A stretch of 64,000 nt of DNA from Candidatus Latescibacterota bacterium (GTDB taxonomy: Bacteria; Latescibacterota; UBA2968; GCA-2709665): assembly GCA_965248435.1 (NCBI GenBank), contig OZ252100.1, positions 2,464,001-2,528,000 on the forward strand, given 5' to 3'. Made by a program: the position numbers and the translations under genes. A model generated the notes under the pieces. The model was not told the DNA's origin, did not search any database, and saw nothing but the letters and a program-made list of their open reading frames with translations. Shown here in pieces: positions 17,681 through 29,470 of the stretch. How positions within the stretch are numbered: position 1 is the stretch's first letter; each line of letters starts with the position of its first letter.

Positions 17681-19335
17681 GTAAAATCGAGATGGATTAC
17701 GGGTCCAAAAGACCCCTCCGAGTTCTTGGCGCTCACCTTCCTCTTTCCTGCAATTCTTTTCTATACATACAACTTTTCCCACTCAAACGGAAAATAATTC
17801 CCAAATCTGTTCCATTCAGGGGGGCTAATCTCACCGGAAAAATAATTAGGTGATCTACATTACACTTAATTTCTTCTTAATCAGTGACCTGCCTCACAAT
17901 GAAGTTTTTTGACTCACTTTTCGATCAAAAAGCATGTCTCGGGCACGGGAATTGCAACCTATATATAGTGTAAAAAGTGACGGTTTTCTCCTGTTCACTC
18001 TAAACATCTAAACTCCCAGACCTTAAACCAGATCACACCCATTAACCTTTTGAGGAGGGTCGGCAAATGCGCCATTTCGTACGAGCCTTCAGCCTCGCCT
18101 CCTCCATTTCGTTACTCTTCGCGTTTGATAGTTTTGCTGCGAAGGTCGAAAGGGGACCGGCGAGTCCAAGTACCTCCAGCGTGACACAGGTCACGCCGAT
18201 TCAGTCCAGGTGCCAGTCCAGTACAGTTTGGATGTTACAGCGGTTGGTCGACGACGGAATCGCACAGGCAGAGGACTATGTCTGTCTGGGGCACGCGCAC
18301 CTCGTCGCAAAAGACGGGAAAGCTGCAAAGCGTGCATTCAAGAGTGCCGTCGAACTCGGAGCAAAAGCCGCAGGTCACAACGGACTCGGACTGGTGAGCT
18401 GGAACAACAGGAACGGCGGAATGCAGGCAATCTTCCAATTTCGACGTGCCCTGGCAGAAGATCCAACCTTTGTGGATGCCCAGTTCAATCTCGCGGCAGC
18501 CTATCAGAAACTGAGACCGCGGGATGCCATGGCGGAATACGAGAAGGTCGTCGCGCTCGATCCGCAACATCGGGACGCCTACTACCGCATCGGTCAGCAG
18601 CGGGAAAAGATTGGAGAGACCGACCAGGCGATCACGGCCTACGAAACTCAGATTCGGGTCAATCCCACGCACGTCCGCGCGAAGTACAGGATGGGCAAGA
18701 TCGCTGCAGCGCGGGGCCAGTTGCGGAAGGCCGGGCTGATTTTTGGAGAGCTGACGACCGCGGGCGGCGACGTCGAAGCGTGGTCTTACCTGGAAATGGC
18801 CGTGCTGAACTACAGAATTCAGAAACTGGATCGCGCTCAGCGCTTCTTCGAGGCCTACATAAAGCGTCTGCCTGAAGAAGAGCGCTGGCTCTACCGGGAC
18901 ATTTCTCGGGACGCCACAAAGAAGCAGATGGTTATCTATAAGAATACGTCAGATGACAAGAAGGAGGAGATGGCCAGTCGATTCTGGGACCTTCACGATC
19001 CAACGCCGCTTACGGCCGTAAACGAACGGCTCGTTGAGCATTACCTGCGAGTGGCCACCGCACGAAAGAAATACTCGAGTGGGGAGTTTCCCTGGGACGC
19101 CCGCGGGGAAGTCTACATCCGTCTGGGGCGCCCGGATCACGTCAGTAGTTGGAATAATGTCCGTACCGAAGCCGATCCCGGGATCCAACTTGCCAGAGAG
19201 AAATTCTCGAATAGAGTCAGTTCCGACTTTTCCGCGTCTCCCGGTCTCCCCCTCTTCCCGATGAAACACCGCTGGGAATACTGGGTCTATCCAGAACTCG
19301 AGGGAGGCGTCGAGTTCACGTTCGAAAATCGGTTT

Positions 19336-20390
19336 GCTGGATTCAATGACTAAGTGCAACACTTGGACTTGAAGACTTCAGCTGGTGTTTTGAAGTTAAG
19401 ACATTTTCTTGGTCGGTTGTTGATCCGGTTCTGAATTTTCTTTAACTCGTGTTTGCTGACCTTTGAGAAGTCTGTCTTCTTGGGGAGGTATCTGCGGACC
19501 AGACCGATAGCGTTTTCCACAGCGCCTCGCTCCCAGCTGTGGAACGGTTTGCAGAAATAGGATTTGGTGCCAAGCACCTCGTTGACCCGTTGATGTTGGC
19601 CGTTTTCGGATCCGTTGTCATATGTGATGCTCTTCCTCATGTGGGGAGGATGTCGCCCAAGGCGTCGATTAATCGCTTCGGCGACCTCCGAGGGTCCGTT
19701 CTTTGCCAGCTTAGCCAGGTGTAGGTATCTCGACGATCGCTCAAGACAAGCGCCAACGGCCTGTTTGCTCTCACGAGAGATGATGGTGTCGGATTCCCAG
19801 TGGCCAGGTTGTTTCCGTTTTTCGATGTAACGGGGACGTCGATCGATCGAAATACGGCCTGGAATGTGGCTTTCCCGGTGTTTTCGGGTATGCCACCGCG
19901 GCTTTCGTTTTTTGTGAGCTCGGGATAAGCAAGCAACCAGATCCCGCTGCTTGCGCACCTTTGGATCGTAGATATACTGATAGATGGCTTCGTGGCTGAT
20001 ACCCGCGCTCGGACGCTCCTCGGGAAGCCTCCCAGCGATCAACTCGGGAGACCATCCTTGCTTGAGTTTGGTCTCGACATATCGCCGGATAACCGGATTC
20101 TTCAGCCGTTTCCGCTTGCCGGCCTCCCGCTTACGTTTCTCAGCCCTTCTGTGAGCCTGGAGGCCCGAGTAACTCTCAGCTATCGGGGACGGATTACGTT
20201 TCAACTCTCTTGAAATCGTGCTGGCGCTCCGGTCAAGGGCCTTGGCAATATCTCTAAGGCTTGCACCAGTGGCTCGACAAAGCGCAATCTGCTCGCGTTC
20301 GTCTATCGTAAGATGCTTGTAATTGTTTCCCATACACTTAGGATAGGACAGTTGCTACCCTAAGTGTTGCACTTCCTTATTGAACTCGGG
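19336..20390 (-). mobile_element. Complete IS30-family insertion sequence (1055 bp, imperfect IRs of about 28 bp, 3-bp TSD TTT)
   Basis: Ends CTGGATTCAATGACTAAGTGCAACACTT versus CCGAGTTCAATAAGGAAGTGCAACACTT; TTT at 19333-19335 and 20391-20393. Confidence 0.95.
19350..20333 (-). CDS. IS30-family DDE transposase
   Basis: YKHLT..ER HTH, WSPE, GHWESD, SITYDNGSE, WERGAVENA.GL.R and RPRKCL motifs. Confidence 0.95.
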   Translation of the reverse strand: MGNNYKHLTIDEREQIALCRATGASLRDIAKALDRSASTISRELKRNPSPIAESYSGLQAHRRAEKRKREAGKRKRLKNPVIRRYVETKLKQGWSPELIAGRLPEERPSAGISHEAIYQYIYDPKVRKQRDLVACLSRAHKKRKPRWHTRKHRESHIPGRISIDRRPRYIEKRKQPGHWESDTIISRESKQAVGACLERSSRYLHLAKLAKNGPSEVAEAINRRLGRHPPHMRKSITYDNGSENGQHQRVNEVLGTKSYFCKPFHSWERGAVENAIGLVRRYLPKKTDFSKVSKHELKKIQNRINNRPRKCLNFKTPAEVFKSKCCT

Positions 20391-21426
20391 TTTACGAATC
20401 GACGCTATTCGTTCGCGCCCGTGCCCGAGCGGATCACACGTTCTACTCCCGTCCGCCCGGGAGCTTTCAACGGCGAAACGATCCTTCGAAATGTCACGGC
20501 CCGGCAGCCAAGTGTCTTCAAGAGGAACTTTGCGGACCTGCCGATAGACTTCCACTACTATCCAGCAAGCTTTCGCGGGAAGACTGGACAGACTCACCTC
20601 GAAATCTACTTCGGCCTCCCCGCCTCTCAAGGTGCCAGGCTTGAGGCGGACGGAGACGGCCTCCTCGTGCTGGACCGGGGTGTGACGCTTCACGACAGCC
20701 AGTGGAACGAAGTTCACAGAGTAGAAGACCAAATCATCTTCGAAATGCCTTCGGACGATCAGATTCAAGACGGGGCCTTCATTCCCAGCGTCCTCCCGGT
20801 CGATCTGCCCCCGGGATCCTACCATCTCTCGCTCCAGGTTCGGGACACGAAATCGGGAAAGTCTCAGATTTCCGAGCGGGAGATCACAGTGAACGACTAC
20901 GCTGAACGAGATGCGCTCCAGCTCAGCGATATCGAGCTCGCTTTCTCGATCTCCGAAGCAGATTCGGACGAGGGCTTCGTGAAGCACGGACTTCGGATCG
21001 TCCCGATGCCTTCACAAACCTTCAGAAAACACCAGCACCCGTTCGCCTACTTCGAAATCTACAACCTGACTCGGGATGAATACGGACAGAGCCACTACCG
21101 TGTCGAGTACGCGTTCCAGTCTGCCGAAAAGCCCTCCGTGCCCGTCCGTATTCTCAAGGGGCTTGGCCAGGCGATCGTTAGCTTCGGAGGCACCGAACAC
21201 GAGATCGTCGTCGCATACGACCGCCGCAGCGACACACCAGATGAGATGGCATACGTAGAACTCGACTTGACCGAAGCCGATCACGGCCAACAGCGCATCC
21301 GGGTCACCGTTACGGATCTGCTGACCGAGAAGCAGGCATCCAGGGAGGTCGCCTTCAAGGTCGTTCCCTGAGCCGGTTATCTCCACTCAAACGCGCTCCG
21401 CCAATCATATCCTCGAACGGTGCGCA

Positions 21427-21460
21427 AAGAGGCCCCTGAGGATCACCTCAGGGGCCTCTT
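21427..21460. terminator. Bidirectional terminator hairpin
   Basis: AAGAGGCCCCTGAGG / CCTCAGGGGCCTCTT between convergent genes. Confidence 0.75.
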
Positions 21461-21485
21461 CTACTTGACACTATGCGGTTTCAGC

Positions 21486-21551
21486 TTTGCGGTACCCGGT
21501 ACCAGTGTTTTGCCTTCCCGGTACCCGTGTCTTGCCTTCCCGGTACCCGTG
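21486..21551 (+). repeat. GGTACC-unit repeat cluster
   Basis: Units of GGTACCCGTGTYYTGCCTTCCC; last GGTACCCG lies 4 nt from the stop at 21554. Confidence 0.85.
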
Positions 21552-21553
21552 AC

Positions 21554-22030
21554 TTACTCTGAAGGAAGGCTCATCACCTTCCCATCTTTCGAGGTGACCT
21601 CCAGCCCGCCATCACCCTTCGGATCCGCGCCGGCAGTCACCAGGTTCTTTCCTTCGCTCGACATCACAGCCAGGAGCCCGTTCCCGCTATCCTTGTCTGC
21701 TCCCGCGAACACCAGATTCGTCTCGTTACTCGAATAGACTGCCAGCATCCCATTCCCCGCGTCACTCTGCGCGATCGTCGTCGTCCGGTTGCCCTCTGCG
21801 TTTCTCACGTCGATCCGTCCCCCCAGCATCCAGGAGTCCAGGTTCACGACCCAGTCTCCACTGTCGTTCACGATCCGGAGCCGCTTGCACTGAACGACCT
21901 CCTTCACCCCGGACCTGCCTGCAGCGGCACTGATTCCAGCCGCCAGAATCAGTGTAAGAATTACTGTCATCCTTCGCCAGCGGCGGACACTGATCTCCAG
22001 CTCGGTTAGGCAATCTCCTACGGTTTTCAT
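21554..22030 (-). CDS. Hypothetical membrane-anchored protein with short beta-repeats
   Basis: GGAGGAG RBS before ATG 22030; TM helix; repeated G.G.L.V.S..G units. Confidence 0.7.
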   Translation of the reverse strand: MKTVGDCLTELEISVRRWRRMTVILTLILAAGISAAAGRSGVKEVVQCKRLRIVNDSGDWVVNLDSWMLGGRIDVRNAEGNRTTTIAQSDAGNGMLAVYSSNETNLVFAGADKDSGNGLLAVMSSEGKNLVTAGADPKGDGGLEVTSKDGKVMSLPSE

Positions 22031-22224
22031 AATCTCCTCCCTGTCGATGTGTGAGCCTGAAAGCTCGCGCGATCCCAACATGATGAAGCTTATGGGGCCT
22101 CGAAATATTGCGAGTGCCAAGCGTCCTGTCAAACAAAATTGGGGCTTGAGCACCGTCCGAACTGGCGCTATATTGCGCCGGAACACGGGAGGGCGCGTTT
22201 CCACCTGGCGGAGGAGAAAAACCT

Positions 22225-22872
22225 ATGAGTGAAGCCAAAACGAGTGAAACCAAGCCCAGCATCAATATCTCACCGACCGGACCCTTCATCGTCAAAGGGC
22301 TGAAGCGGCTGACCGACGCGCAGGGCAACTCAATCGAAATAGACAAACCTGTGATCGCCCTCTGCCGATGCGGCGGCTCGAAGAACAAACCATTTTGTGA
22401 CGGCGCCCATTCATCCATCGGTTTCTCAGGTGCGAAGGAACGCGCCGAGGACTACGTGGCGAAGGAATTCGAGGGCAAGGAGCTTACGATCGTCGACAAC
22501 GTCGGGGTCTGCTGTCACGCCGGTGCGTGCGTGGACGGCGCGCCGTCTGTCTTTTTCAGCTGGGATGGAGACGAGCGCATCTCGGTCCCCGACGAAGCGG
22601 ACAAGCAGGCGATTATCGATACGATTCGGAAGTGTCCCTCCGGCTCCCTGGCATACAAGCTTCAGGACGAGCTGCACGATGAGTACTTCTCCGATCCGGA
22701 GATCTTCGTCTCGAAAGACGGACCCCTACACGTGCGAGGCGGGATCACCCTGAACAATCCCGCAGGAGAATCGCCGCTCGCATCCGACCATTTTACGCTT
22801 TGCCGGTGCGGCGTTTCGAAGAACAAGCCCTACTGCGACGGCGCGCACAAGGAGGCCGGGTTCGAGGGATAG
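22225..22872 (+). CDS. CDGSH iron-sulfur protein with a central divergent 4Fe-4S domain
   Basis: Two LCRCG.SKNKP.CDGAH motifs plus CCHAGAC...CPSGSL. Confidence 0.92.
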   Translation: MSEAKTSETKPSINISPTGPFIVKGLKRLTDAQGNSIEIDKPVIALCRCGGSKNKPFCDGAHSSIGFSGAKERAEDYVAKEFEGKELTIVDNVGVCCHAGACVDGAPSVFFSWDGDERISVPDEADKQAIIDTIRKCPSGSLAYKLQDELHDEYFSDPEIFVSKDGPLHVRGGITLNNPAGESPLASDHFTLCRCGVSKNKPYCDGAHKEAGFEG

Positions 22873-22908
22873 GCTGCGACGAAATCGAGTCCTACCGGAA
22901 GTACTGAA

Positions 22909-22939
22909 GAGGGGTTACGTTTCCGAAACGTAACCCCTC
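22909..22939. terminator. Perfect palindromic hairpin
   Basis: GAGGGGTTACGTTT-CCG-AAACGTAACCCCTC. Confidence 0.6.
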
Positions 22940-23036
22940 GAATCTTTCCAGGCCCCGGGTTTCTGACTCCACTGAAACCAGGCCCGTCGCCGGGCGTCTA
23001 AGAGTGCGGCCGACGTCGAGGAATTCACAAGAAATC

Positions 23037-23080
23037 TTGACGTTAGATGCGTCACGGATATATTTACTTACCGGTAAATA
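23037..23080 (+). promoter_or_regulatory. Efflux operon promoter with a palindromic TetR-type operator
   Basis: TTGACG-16 nt-TATATT; TATTTAC-N6-GTAAATA inverted repeat overlapping the -10; the operon ends in a tetR gene. Confidence 0.55.
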
Positions 23081-23107
23081 AAATCATCTAAAAAAAGGAC
23101 TTGATCT

Positions 23108-24424
23108 ATGCGGGATGTAGGGGTTACAGCGCTTCTGTGCCTGATTTTGGCAACGCCATCGGCAGCTCGCGTCCTGACTCTGGACACCGCCGTCGATCTG
23201 GCGCTTCAGAACAACGAGGAGATGCAGCTCGCCGACCAGGACAAGCTGCGAGCCCGGGAGGAGATTCGCGAAGGTTGGGCGGAAGCGCTGCCCGACATTC
23301 GCCTCACGAGTAACTACGATCGGTCCTGGATCCTGCCGATACTCGTCTTCGACACCCCCGAGGGTCGTCAGACATTTCAAATCGGAACCTCGAACAACAT
23401 CACTACGTCCGTCCGTCTCAGCCAGCCGCTTTACTCGGGTGGCAAAGTCGGGGCGGCGCTGCGGGCGGCGAGATCGTTCAGGGACTTCACTGACCAGGGC
23501 TACAAACTTTCCAAGCAGTCGGTTGCTGCGAGGACCGAGATCGGTTTTTACGACACGATCCTGGCGGAGTCCCTCGTTGACGTGACGGGTGAAGCGCTCG
23601 ACCTGGCGAGAGCGAATCTCGAGCAGGTAGAGTCTCTGCGTCGAGCCGGACGCGTCTCCGATTATGACCTTCTCCGAGCGCAGGTACAGGTGTCAGACCT
23701 GCTCCCTGATTCTATCCGGGCTGCAAAGAACCTGGAAGTCGCGTTGATGAACCTCAGGAATATCGTCGGGCTCGATCAGACCGAAGAGATCACATTGAGC
23801 GGATCGTTCAGGGATCAGACGGCGCTCGATTTGAACGATCTCGAAGCGCTTACGGAACGCGGACTCCAGGCACGCCCGGAGATTCAGCAGGCCGGCTTCG
23901 AGGTCAGGATTCGAGACGCCGCGATCCAGGTCCAGAAGTCCGAGATGCGCCCCTCTCTCGACCTGGTGGCGACGGGGCAGCTGGCGGTCCAGAGCGAGGA
24001 CTTCAGCCTCTCGGGCGAGGATGCACAGGAGAGCTGGGTCACCGGTGTCGCGCTGACCATCCCCCTGTTCGACGGTCTGAAGAACAGGGCGCTCGTCAAC
24101 AAAGCGAAAGTCGACAAGCGCAAGGCCGGGATTCAGGTGGATCGGCTCAGGAAACAGATCGGTCTGGAGATTCGTCGGGCCTGGTTTGACGTCAACGAGG
24201 CAAGGGAGCGGGTCGCCGCACAGGCGCAGGTCGTCGCACAGGCCGATAGAGGGGAGCGGATCGCAAGATCGAGGTATGGCAACGGCTTCGGAACACAGCT
24301 CGAGGTACTCGACGCGCAGCTCGTTCTGACGAGAAGCAGAACCGAATGGGTAGGAGCGAAGCGTGACCACGCGGTTTCCCTTGTCCGTTTGGAACGCGCC
24401 GTCGGGCTCGAGGTCGAGCCGTGA
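23108..24424 (+). CDS. TolC-family outer membrane efflux protein
   Basis: Signal peptide; LTLD.AV..AL..N, IPLFDG and RY..GFGTQLEVLDAQ motifs. Confidence 0.9.
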   Translation: MRDVGVTALLCLILATPSAARVLTLDTAVDLALQNNEEMQLADQDKLRAREEIREGWAEALPDIRLTSNYDRSWILPILVFDTPEGRQTFQIGTSNNITTSVRLSQPLYSGGKVGAALRAARSFRDFTDQGYKLSKQSVAARTEIGFYDTILAESLVDVTGEALDLARANLEQVESLRRAGRVSDYDLLRAQVQVSDLLPDSIRAAKNLEVALMNLRNIVGLDQTEEITLSGSFRDQTALDLNDLEALTERGLQARPEIQQAGFEVRIRDAAIQVQKSEMRPSLDLVATGQLAVQSEDFSLSGEDAQESWVTGVALTIPLFDGLKNRALVNKAKVDKRKAGIQVDRLRKQIGLEIRRAWFDVNEARERVAAQAQVVAQADRGERIARSRYGNGFGTQLEVLDAQLVLTRSRTEWVGAKRDHAVSLVRLERAVGLEVEP

Positions 24425-24480
24425 GGAGCTGGGTTCCAGGGTTTTCACGACTTCACATTCCATTCAACCCGGGGTGATGC

Positions 24481-25562
24481 ATGGTTTGGCACGAAGGCAG
24501 GGCAAAGGTGAGAAGAAGAACAATGATCCTGGTCGCGTTGATCGGCGGAGTGGTGAGCGGGTGTGGTGGGGATAAGGATGCCGTCGAAGCGACGGCCCCG
24601 GGAGAGCCGGCAAAGGCAGTCAACGTCGCGTCGATGACGGTTCGACCCGACTCCCTGACGCAGGTCAGCCGGTATCCCGCATCCGTCGAAGCCTGGCGGG
24701 ACGTTCAGCTCAGTTTTCTCGAGTCTGGGCCGGTTTCCAGAATCCTGGTCGATCTGGGCGACCGAGCGGTCACGGGACAGATGCTTGCGGCGCTGCACAC
24801 GAGCCTTCTGGACGCCGCGCTCATCGAGGCGGAGGCTGGGGTGAAGTTTCACAAATACAATTTTGAAAAATCCAAGCAGCTCTTCGGAGACGGAACGATC
24901 GCCGAGCGGGACCTGTTGCAGTCCGAGTATGACTACAAGCGAGCGGAGTCCAACCTCGCAACGATCCGACAGCGGCTGGTGAACAGCACCCTGCTGGCCC
25001 CCTTCTCTCGGGGACCGTCGCGGCTCGCGCGATTGAAGTGGGTGATCTCGTCGCTCCGGGCCTGCCCGCAATCCAACTCGTGCAGACAGACAAGGTCAAA
25101 ATGAGAGCCTGGGTGTCCGAGAATGATATCGGGGACTTCGAGGTCGGGCGCGACGTAGATGTTCTTTTAGACGCGATTCCGCGACGCGTTTTCGGCGGCC
25201 AGATTGGGAGAGTCGGGCCGGCGGCCGACCCTCGCCGACGCGTCTTTCCGATCGAGGTGAACATCGATAATGCAGACGGCGCGATCCGTCCAGGAATGGT
25301 CGGGAAGCTGGTGGTTCGCAGGAGAACGTTTACCGACGTCGTCGTCATACCGCGTGAAGCGATCGTCGAACGGGAGACAGGTCCGGTTGCGTTCGTCATC
25401 GAAAACGACCGAGCCGTCTTCAGATCTCTCCAACTGGGCGTAGGTCAGGGAAATCGGGTGATCGCGCTCTCTGGCGTCGAACCCGGGGAGCGCCTCATCG
25501 TTTCCGGCAGTCGCGATCTGATCGATGGCGAGCGTGTCATCGTCCGAGAGGTCGTCAGATGA
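24481..25562 (+). pseudogene. RND periplasmic adaptor (MFP), frameshifted at about 25004-25009
   Basis: Lipoprotein signal (VSGC); APF-SGTV reading frame broken by an extra TC in TCTCTC; the C-half continues in the 25038 frame. Confidence 0.85.
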
Positions 25563-28500
25563 AGATCACCGACTACGCGATCTCGAAAAAGGTCACCGTC
25601 TACGTGCTGGTCGTCCTGATGGTTCTGGCCGGCACGTCGACCTACTTGACCCTGCCGAGAGAAGCCGCGCCGGATATCGAGATTCCGTTCATCATCGTGA
25701 CCACGCCCTACGTCGGCGCCGCGCCGGCCGACGTCGAGAACCTTGTGACACGAAAGATCGAGAAGAAGCTGCAGGGACTCGAGAACGTGAAGGATCTGGG
25801 TTCGACCTCTGCGGAGGGGATCTCGACGATTCAGATCGAATTTGTCGCCGGGATCGACGTGGATGAAGTCCTGCAGAAGGTGAAGGACAAAGTCGACCTG
25901 GCCAAGCAGGACCTGCCCGATGACGCCGATGACCCGATCGTGTCCGAGGTGAATTTTTCGAACATCCCGATCATGATCGTCAATATGTCGGCTGATTACG
26001 GTCTTGTCCGACTGAAGGAGATCGGGGAGGACCTCTCGGACGAGATCGAGGCGATTCCCGGCGTCCTGGAGGTCCGCCTGGCCGGCGGGCTCGAAAGAGA
26101 GGTCAAAGTCGATGTCGATCCGGACCGGCTGGCCGTGTATGAGCTGTCGCTGAACGACGTCGTCGAAACGATACAGCGAGAGAACGTGACGCTTCCCGGT
26201 GGAAGCATGGATATCGGCGCTTACCGCTACTCTGTGCGGGTGCCCGGCGAGGTCGAGCATGTCTCCGAAATCGCCGACCTCGTGACCAAATCAGAAGACG
26301 GGCTGCCGGTCTACATCCGGGACGTGGCCCAAGTCACCTACGGGTTCGCAGAACCGACGAGCTACGCACGCCTGAACGCGAAACCGTGTGTCAGCCTCTC
26401 CGTGATCAAACGCAGCGGCGAGAACCTCATCGAGATCTCGGATCGCGTGAAGGACCTGTTGGTGACCCTTCAGCCGACCTTCCCGAACGGCACCTCGACA
26501 TCGATCCAGGGGGATCAGTCCGAAGACATTCGGATGATGGTGAAAGACCTGGAGAACAACATCATGTCCGGCCTGATCCTCGTGATCCTCGTGCTGTTCT
26601 TCTTCATGGGGCTTCGCAACGCCATCTTTGCCGGCGTTGCGATACCCCTGTCGATGTTGATATCGTTCGTGGTGATCGACGCGCTTGGGATGACGCTCAA
26701 CATGGTCGTGCTGTTCAGCCTCATCCTGGCGCTGGGTATGCTGGTCGACAACGCGATCGTGATCGTCGAAAACATCTACCGTCACGTTCAGAACGGAAAA
26801 CCACGAGAGCAGGGTGCAAGCGTCGGGACCAATGAGGTCGCCATTCCCGTGATCGCCTCCACGCTGACGACGCTGTGTGCCTTCGCCCCCATGATCTTCT
26901 GGCCGGGGATTATGGGAGAGTTCATGAAGTATCTGCCGATTACTCTGATCGTGACGCTCTCCTCTTCTCTGTTCGTTGGCCTCATCCTGAATCCGACGTT
27001 CTGCTCGACGTTTATGAAGGTCGATACTTCACCCGGCGACAAGGATCCCTGACTGACGGCCGTACTCGATCGATACCAGGAGATCCTGGACAGGGCGCTC
27101 GATGCGCCGGGCAAGACGATGCTCCTTGCCGGGGGCACGCTAGTCCTGGTGATCGTCACCTACGGCTTGCTCGGTCGCGGGGTAGAGTTCTTCCCCGATG
27201 TCGACCCGCGAAAGGCCTATGTGGACGTTCGAGCACCCTCAGGAACGCGCCTGCAAACGTCGGATAAACTGGTCGTCGAGATCGAAGACGTCCTGGGGTC
27301 CATGACCGACGTGGAAACCTATGTCGCCACCGTAGGGTCTTCAGCGGACCCCGAAGACTTCTCGTCGACCGCCGGATCGCCCCACAAGAGCAGAGTCACC
27401 CTGGACTTGATCGACGAGAAGTTGAGGCCGCACGACGGTTTCGCCGTGATCGACATGCTCCGCGACCGGCTCATCGGCATCACCGGCGCGGAGGTGGAGA
27501 TTACCAAGGAACGTGTCGGCCCCCCGACCGGGCCGCCGATAAACGTCGAGGTCGTCGGTGAAGACTTCGAGATCCTGGGCGAGCTCTCGTCGCAGGTCAA
27601 GCGAATCGTCGCCAGGGTTCCAGGCATCGTCGACGTGAAAGATGATTACGACAAAGGACGGCCGGAGGTTCGGGTGATCGTCGACCGGGAGGCGGCCGCG
27701 CTTGCTGATCTGAATACCTCACTGATCGCGCAGACGGTTCGCACGGCGATCTATGGAAACGAGGCGTCCGAGTTCCGTGTCGGCGAGGACGACTACGACA
27801 TCCGTGTTCGGCTGAAGGAGGATGCGAGAAAACGACTGTCCGATCTCGAGAATCTGATGATCGAAGAGGATGGCAAACTGGTGCCCCTGGGCACGGTCGC
27901 GCGCATCGAAACCGGGGGAGGGTTCAGCAGCATCAAGCGCAAAGATATGAAGCGCGTGGTCTCCATCGCGGGCAAAGTCGTCGGGCGCACGACGGATGAG
28001 GCCCTTACGGCCGTCCAGACAGCATTGTCGGACTTCAAACTGCCGCCCGGCTACCGGATCCAGTACACGGGCGAGAATGAAGATCAGAAGGAGTCCGCTG
28101 ACTTTCTGTCCAAGGCGTTCGTCGTTGCCGTATTCCTCATCGCGCTCGTCCTCATCACGCAGTTCAACTCGGTCGCGCTCCCCTTTGTCGTCCTCACGTC
28201 GGTCGTTCTCTCCCTGATCGGTGTGCTGCTCGGCCTGCTTATCACCGCTACGCCGTTCGGTATTCTGATGACTGGGATCGGCGTGATCAGCCTGGCGGGT
28301 GTGGTCGTGAACAACGCGATCGTCCTGATCGACTATATCCTCCGCCTGAGATCCGAAGGCAGGTCGCCCAGACAGGCAATCGTCGAGGCGGCACGGACGC
28401 GTTTCCGCCCGGTCCTCATGACGGCCATCACGACGATCCTCGGCCTCATCCCCCTGGCAACCGGAGTCAGCGTCGATTTCTTCTCCCTGTCGCTGGAGAT

Positions 28501-28675
28501 CGGGGGCCGCAGCAGTGAGTGGTGGGGGCCGATGGCGAAAGCGGTCGTGTTCGGACTGGCATTCGCAACCGTGCTGACGCTCGTCATCGTGCCTGTGATG
28601 GTGGAGTTGATCTGGTCAGCCACCGATCGTTTGAACCGAAGGAGCAAGCCCAGCCTGCACGCCGCGGCTGACTGA
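25559..28675 (+). pseudogene. AcrB/AcrF-family RND permease split by an in-frame TGA at 27050-27052
   Basis: GMLVDNAIVIVENI and RFRPVLMT motifs; both halves are in the same frame, with DKDP*LTAVLDRY continuity. Confidence 0.85.
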
Positions 28676-28683
28676 GGTAAGAG

Positions 28684-29316
28684 ATGACCGTAGCTGATAG
28701 GAAAATCCGAAGAGGGACGGGCAGACCGACCGATCTGGTCGAAGGAGAGGTGAGGGCACGCATCATCAGCGTGGCCGCGCGGGTCTTCTCTCAGAACGGC
28801 TACTCAGGCGCGTCCATCCAGGAGATCGTCGATGCGGCCGGGACGACGAAGCCCATGGTCTATTACTACTTCAAGAATAAACAGGCTCTGTATCAGGAAA
28901 TCTTCCGGACCGTACACCAGGCAATCGGTCGTGCTCAGGAAAAGATCGTCTTAAGGGACGATCTGTCGATCCGGGAGAAGCTGGTCGCGATCGTCGCGAC
29001 GCACTTCAAGCTCGGGTTGGAGTCTCCGGAGCGCGCCCGCTTCATGTTTGCCGCCCATTTCGGGCCGCGCAGGGCGATGCCGGCCGTGCACGATCCGGAA
29101 TGCGAGGATGTGATGTTCGGGACGCTGGTTCGCCTGGCCGGAGACGGTGTCGAGCGGGGCGAGCTCAGAGGGGATCCCATCGCGACCGCTCAGGCCCTGC
29201 TTGGACAGATCATGATCCACCTCACATTCCATCTCTCCGAGGACAATCCCATCCGCCTCACCGACAGATCCGCGGAAAATGTCGTCGATCTGCTGTGGCA
29301 AGGTGTCGGGATTTAG
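28684..29316 (+). CDS. TetR/AcrR-family regulator
   Basis: F..NGYSGASIQEIVDAAGTTKPMVYYYFKNK HTH. Confidence 0.92.
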   Translation: MTVADRKIRRGTGRPTDLVEGEVRARIISVAARVFSQNGYSGASIQEIVDAAGTTKPMVYYYFKNKQALYQEIFRTVHQAIGRAQEKIVLRDDLSIREKLVAIVATHFKLGLESPERARFMFAAHFGPRRAMPAVHDPECEDVMFGTLVRLAGDGVERGELRGDPIATAQALLGQIMIHLTFHLSEDNPIRLTDRSAENVVDLLWQGVGI

Positions 29317-29323
29317 AATCACG

Positions 29324-29435
29324 GAAATCCCCCTCAATCCCCCTTTTAGGAAAGGGGAAAGAATTTATTTCTGGATGGGTACTCTTTCACAGAGGGCAAC
29401 CTTCCCCCTTTGGAAAAGGGGGGGAGGGGGGATTT
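29324..29435. repeat. Inverted pair of REP-like CCCCCTTT..AAAGGGG hairpins
   Basis: AAATCCCCCTCAATCCCCCTTTT...AAAGGGG and its inverse; another copy at 59295-59331. Confidence 0.75.
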
Positions 29436-29470
29436 GTTTCCATGTCGACTTTCATAATCACCTGCTGGAA

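Larger units (their letters stand above)
18067..21371 (+). pseudogene. TPR and GWxTD-domain protein interrupted by IS30
   Basis: Signal peptide, TPRs and FPWDARGEVYIRLGRPD; 18067-19335 joins 20394-21371 in frame (FENRF-TNRRY), giving 748 aa. Confidence 0.9.

Noticed and set aside
27050-27052. Selenocysteine or an alternative genetic code (UGA=Trp/Gly)
   Set aside because: TGA is used as a normal stop elsewhere (1082, 24424, 48564, 63787), and the site is a linker rather than a redox motif
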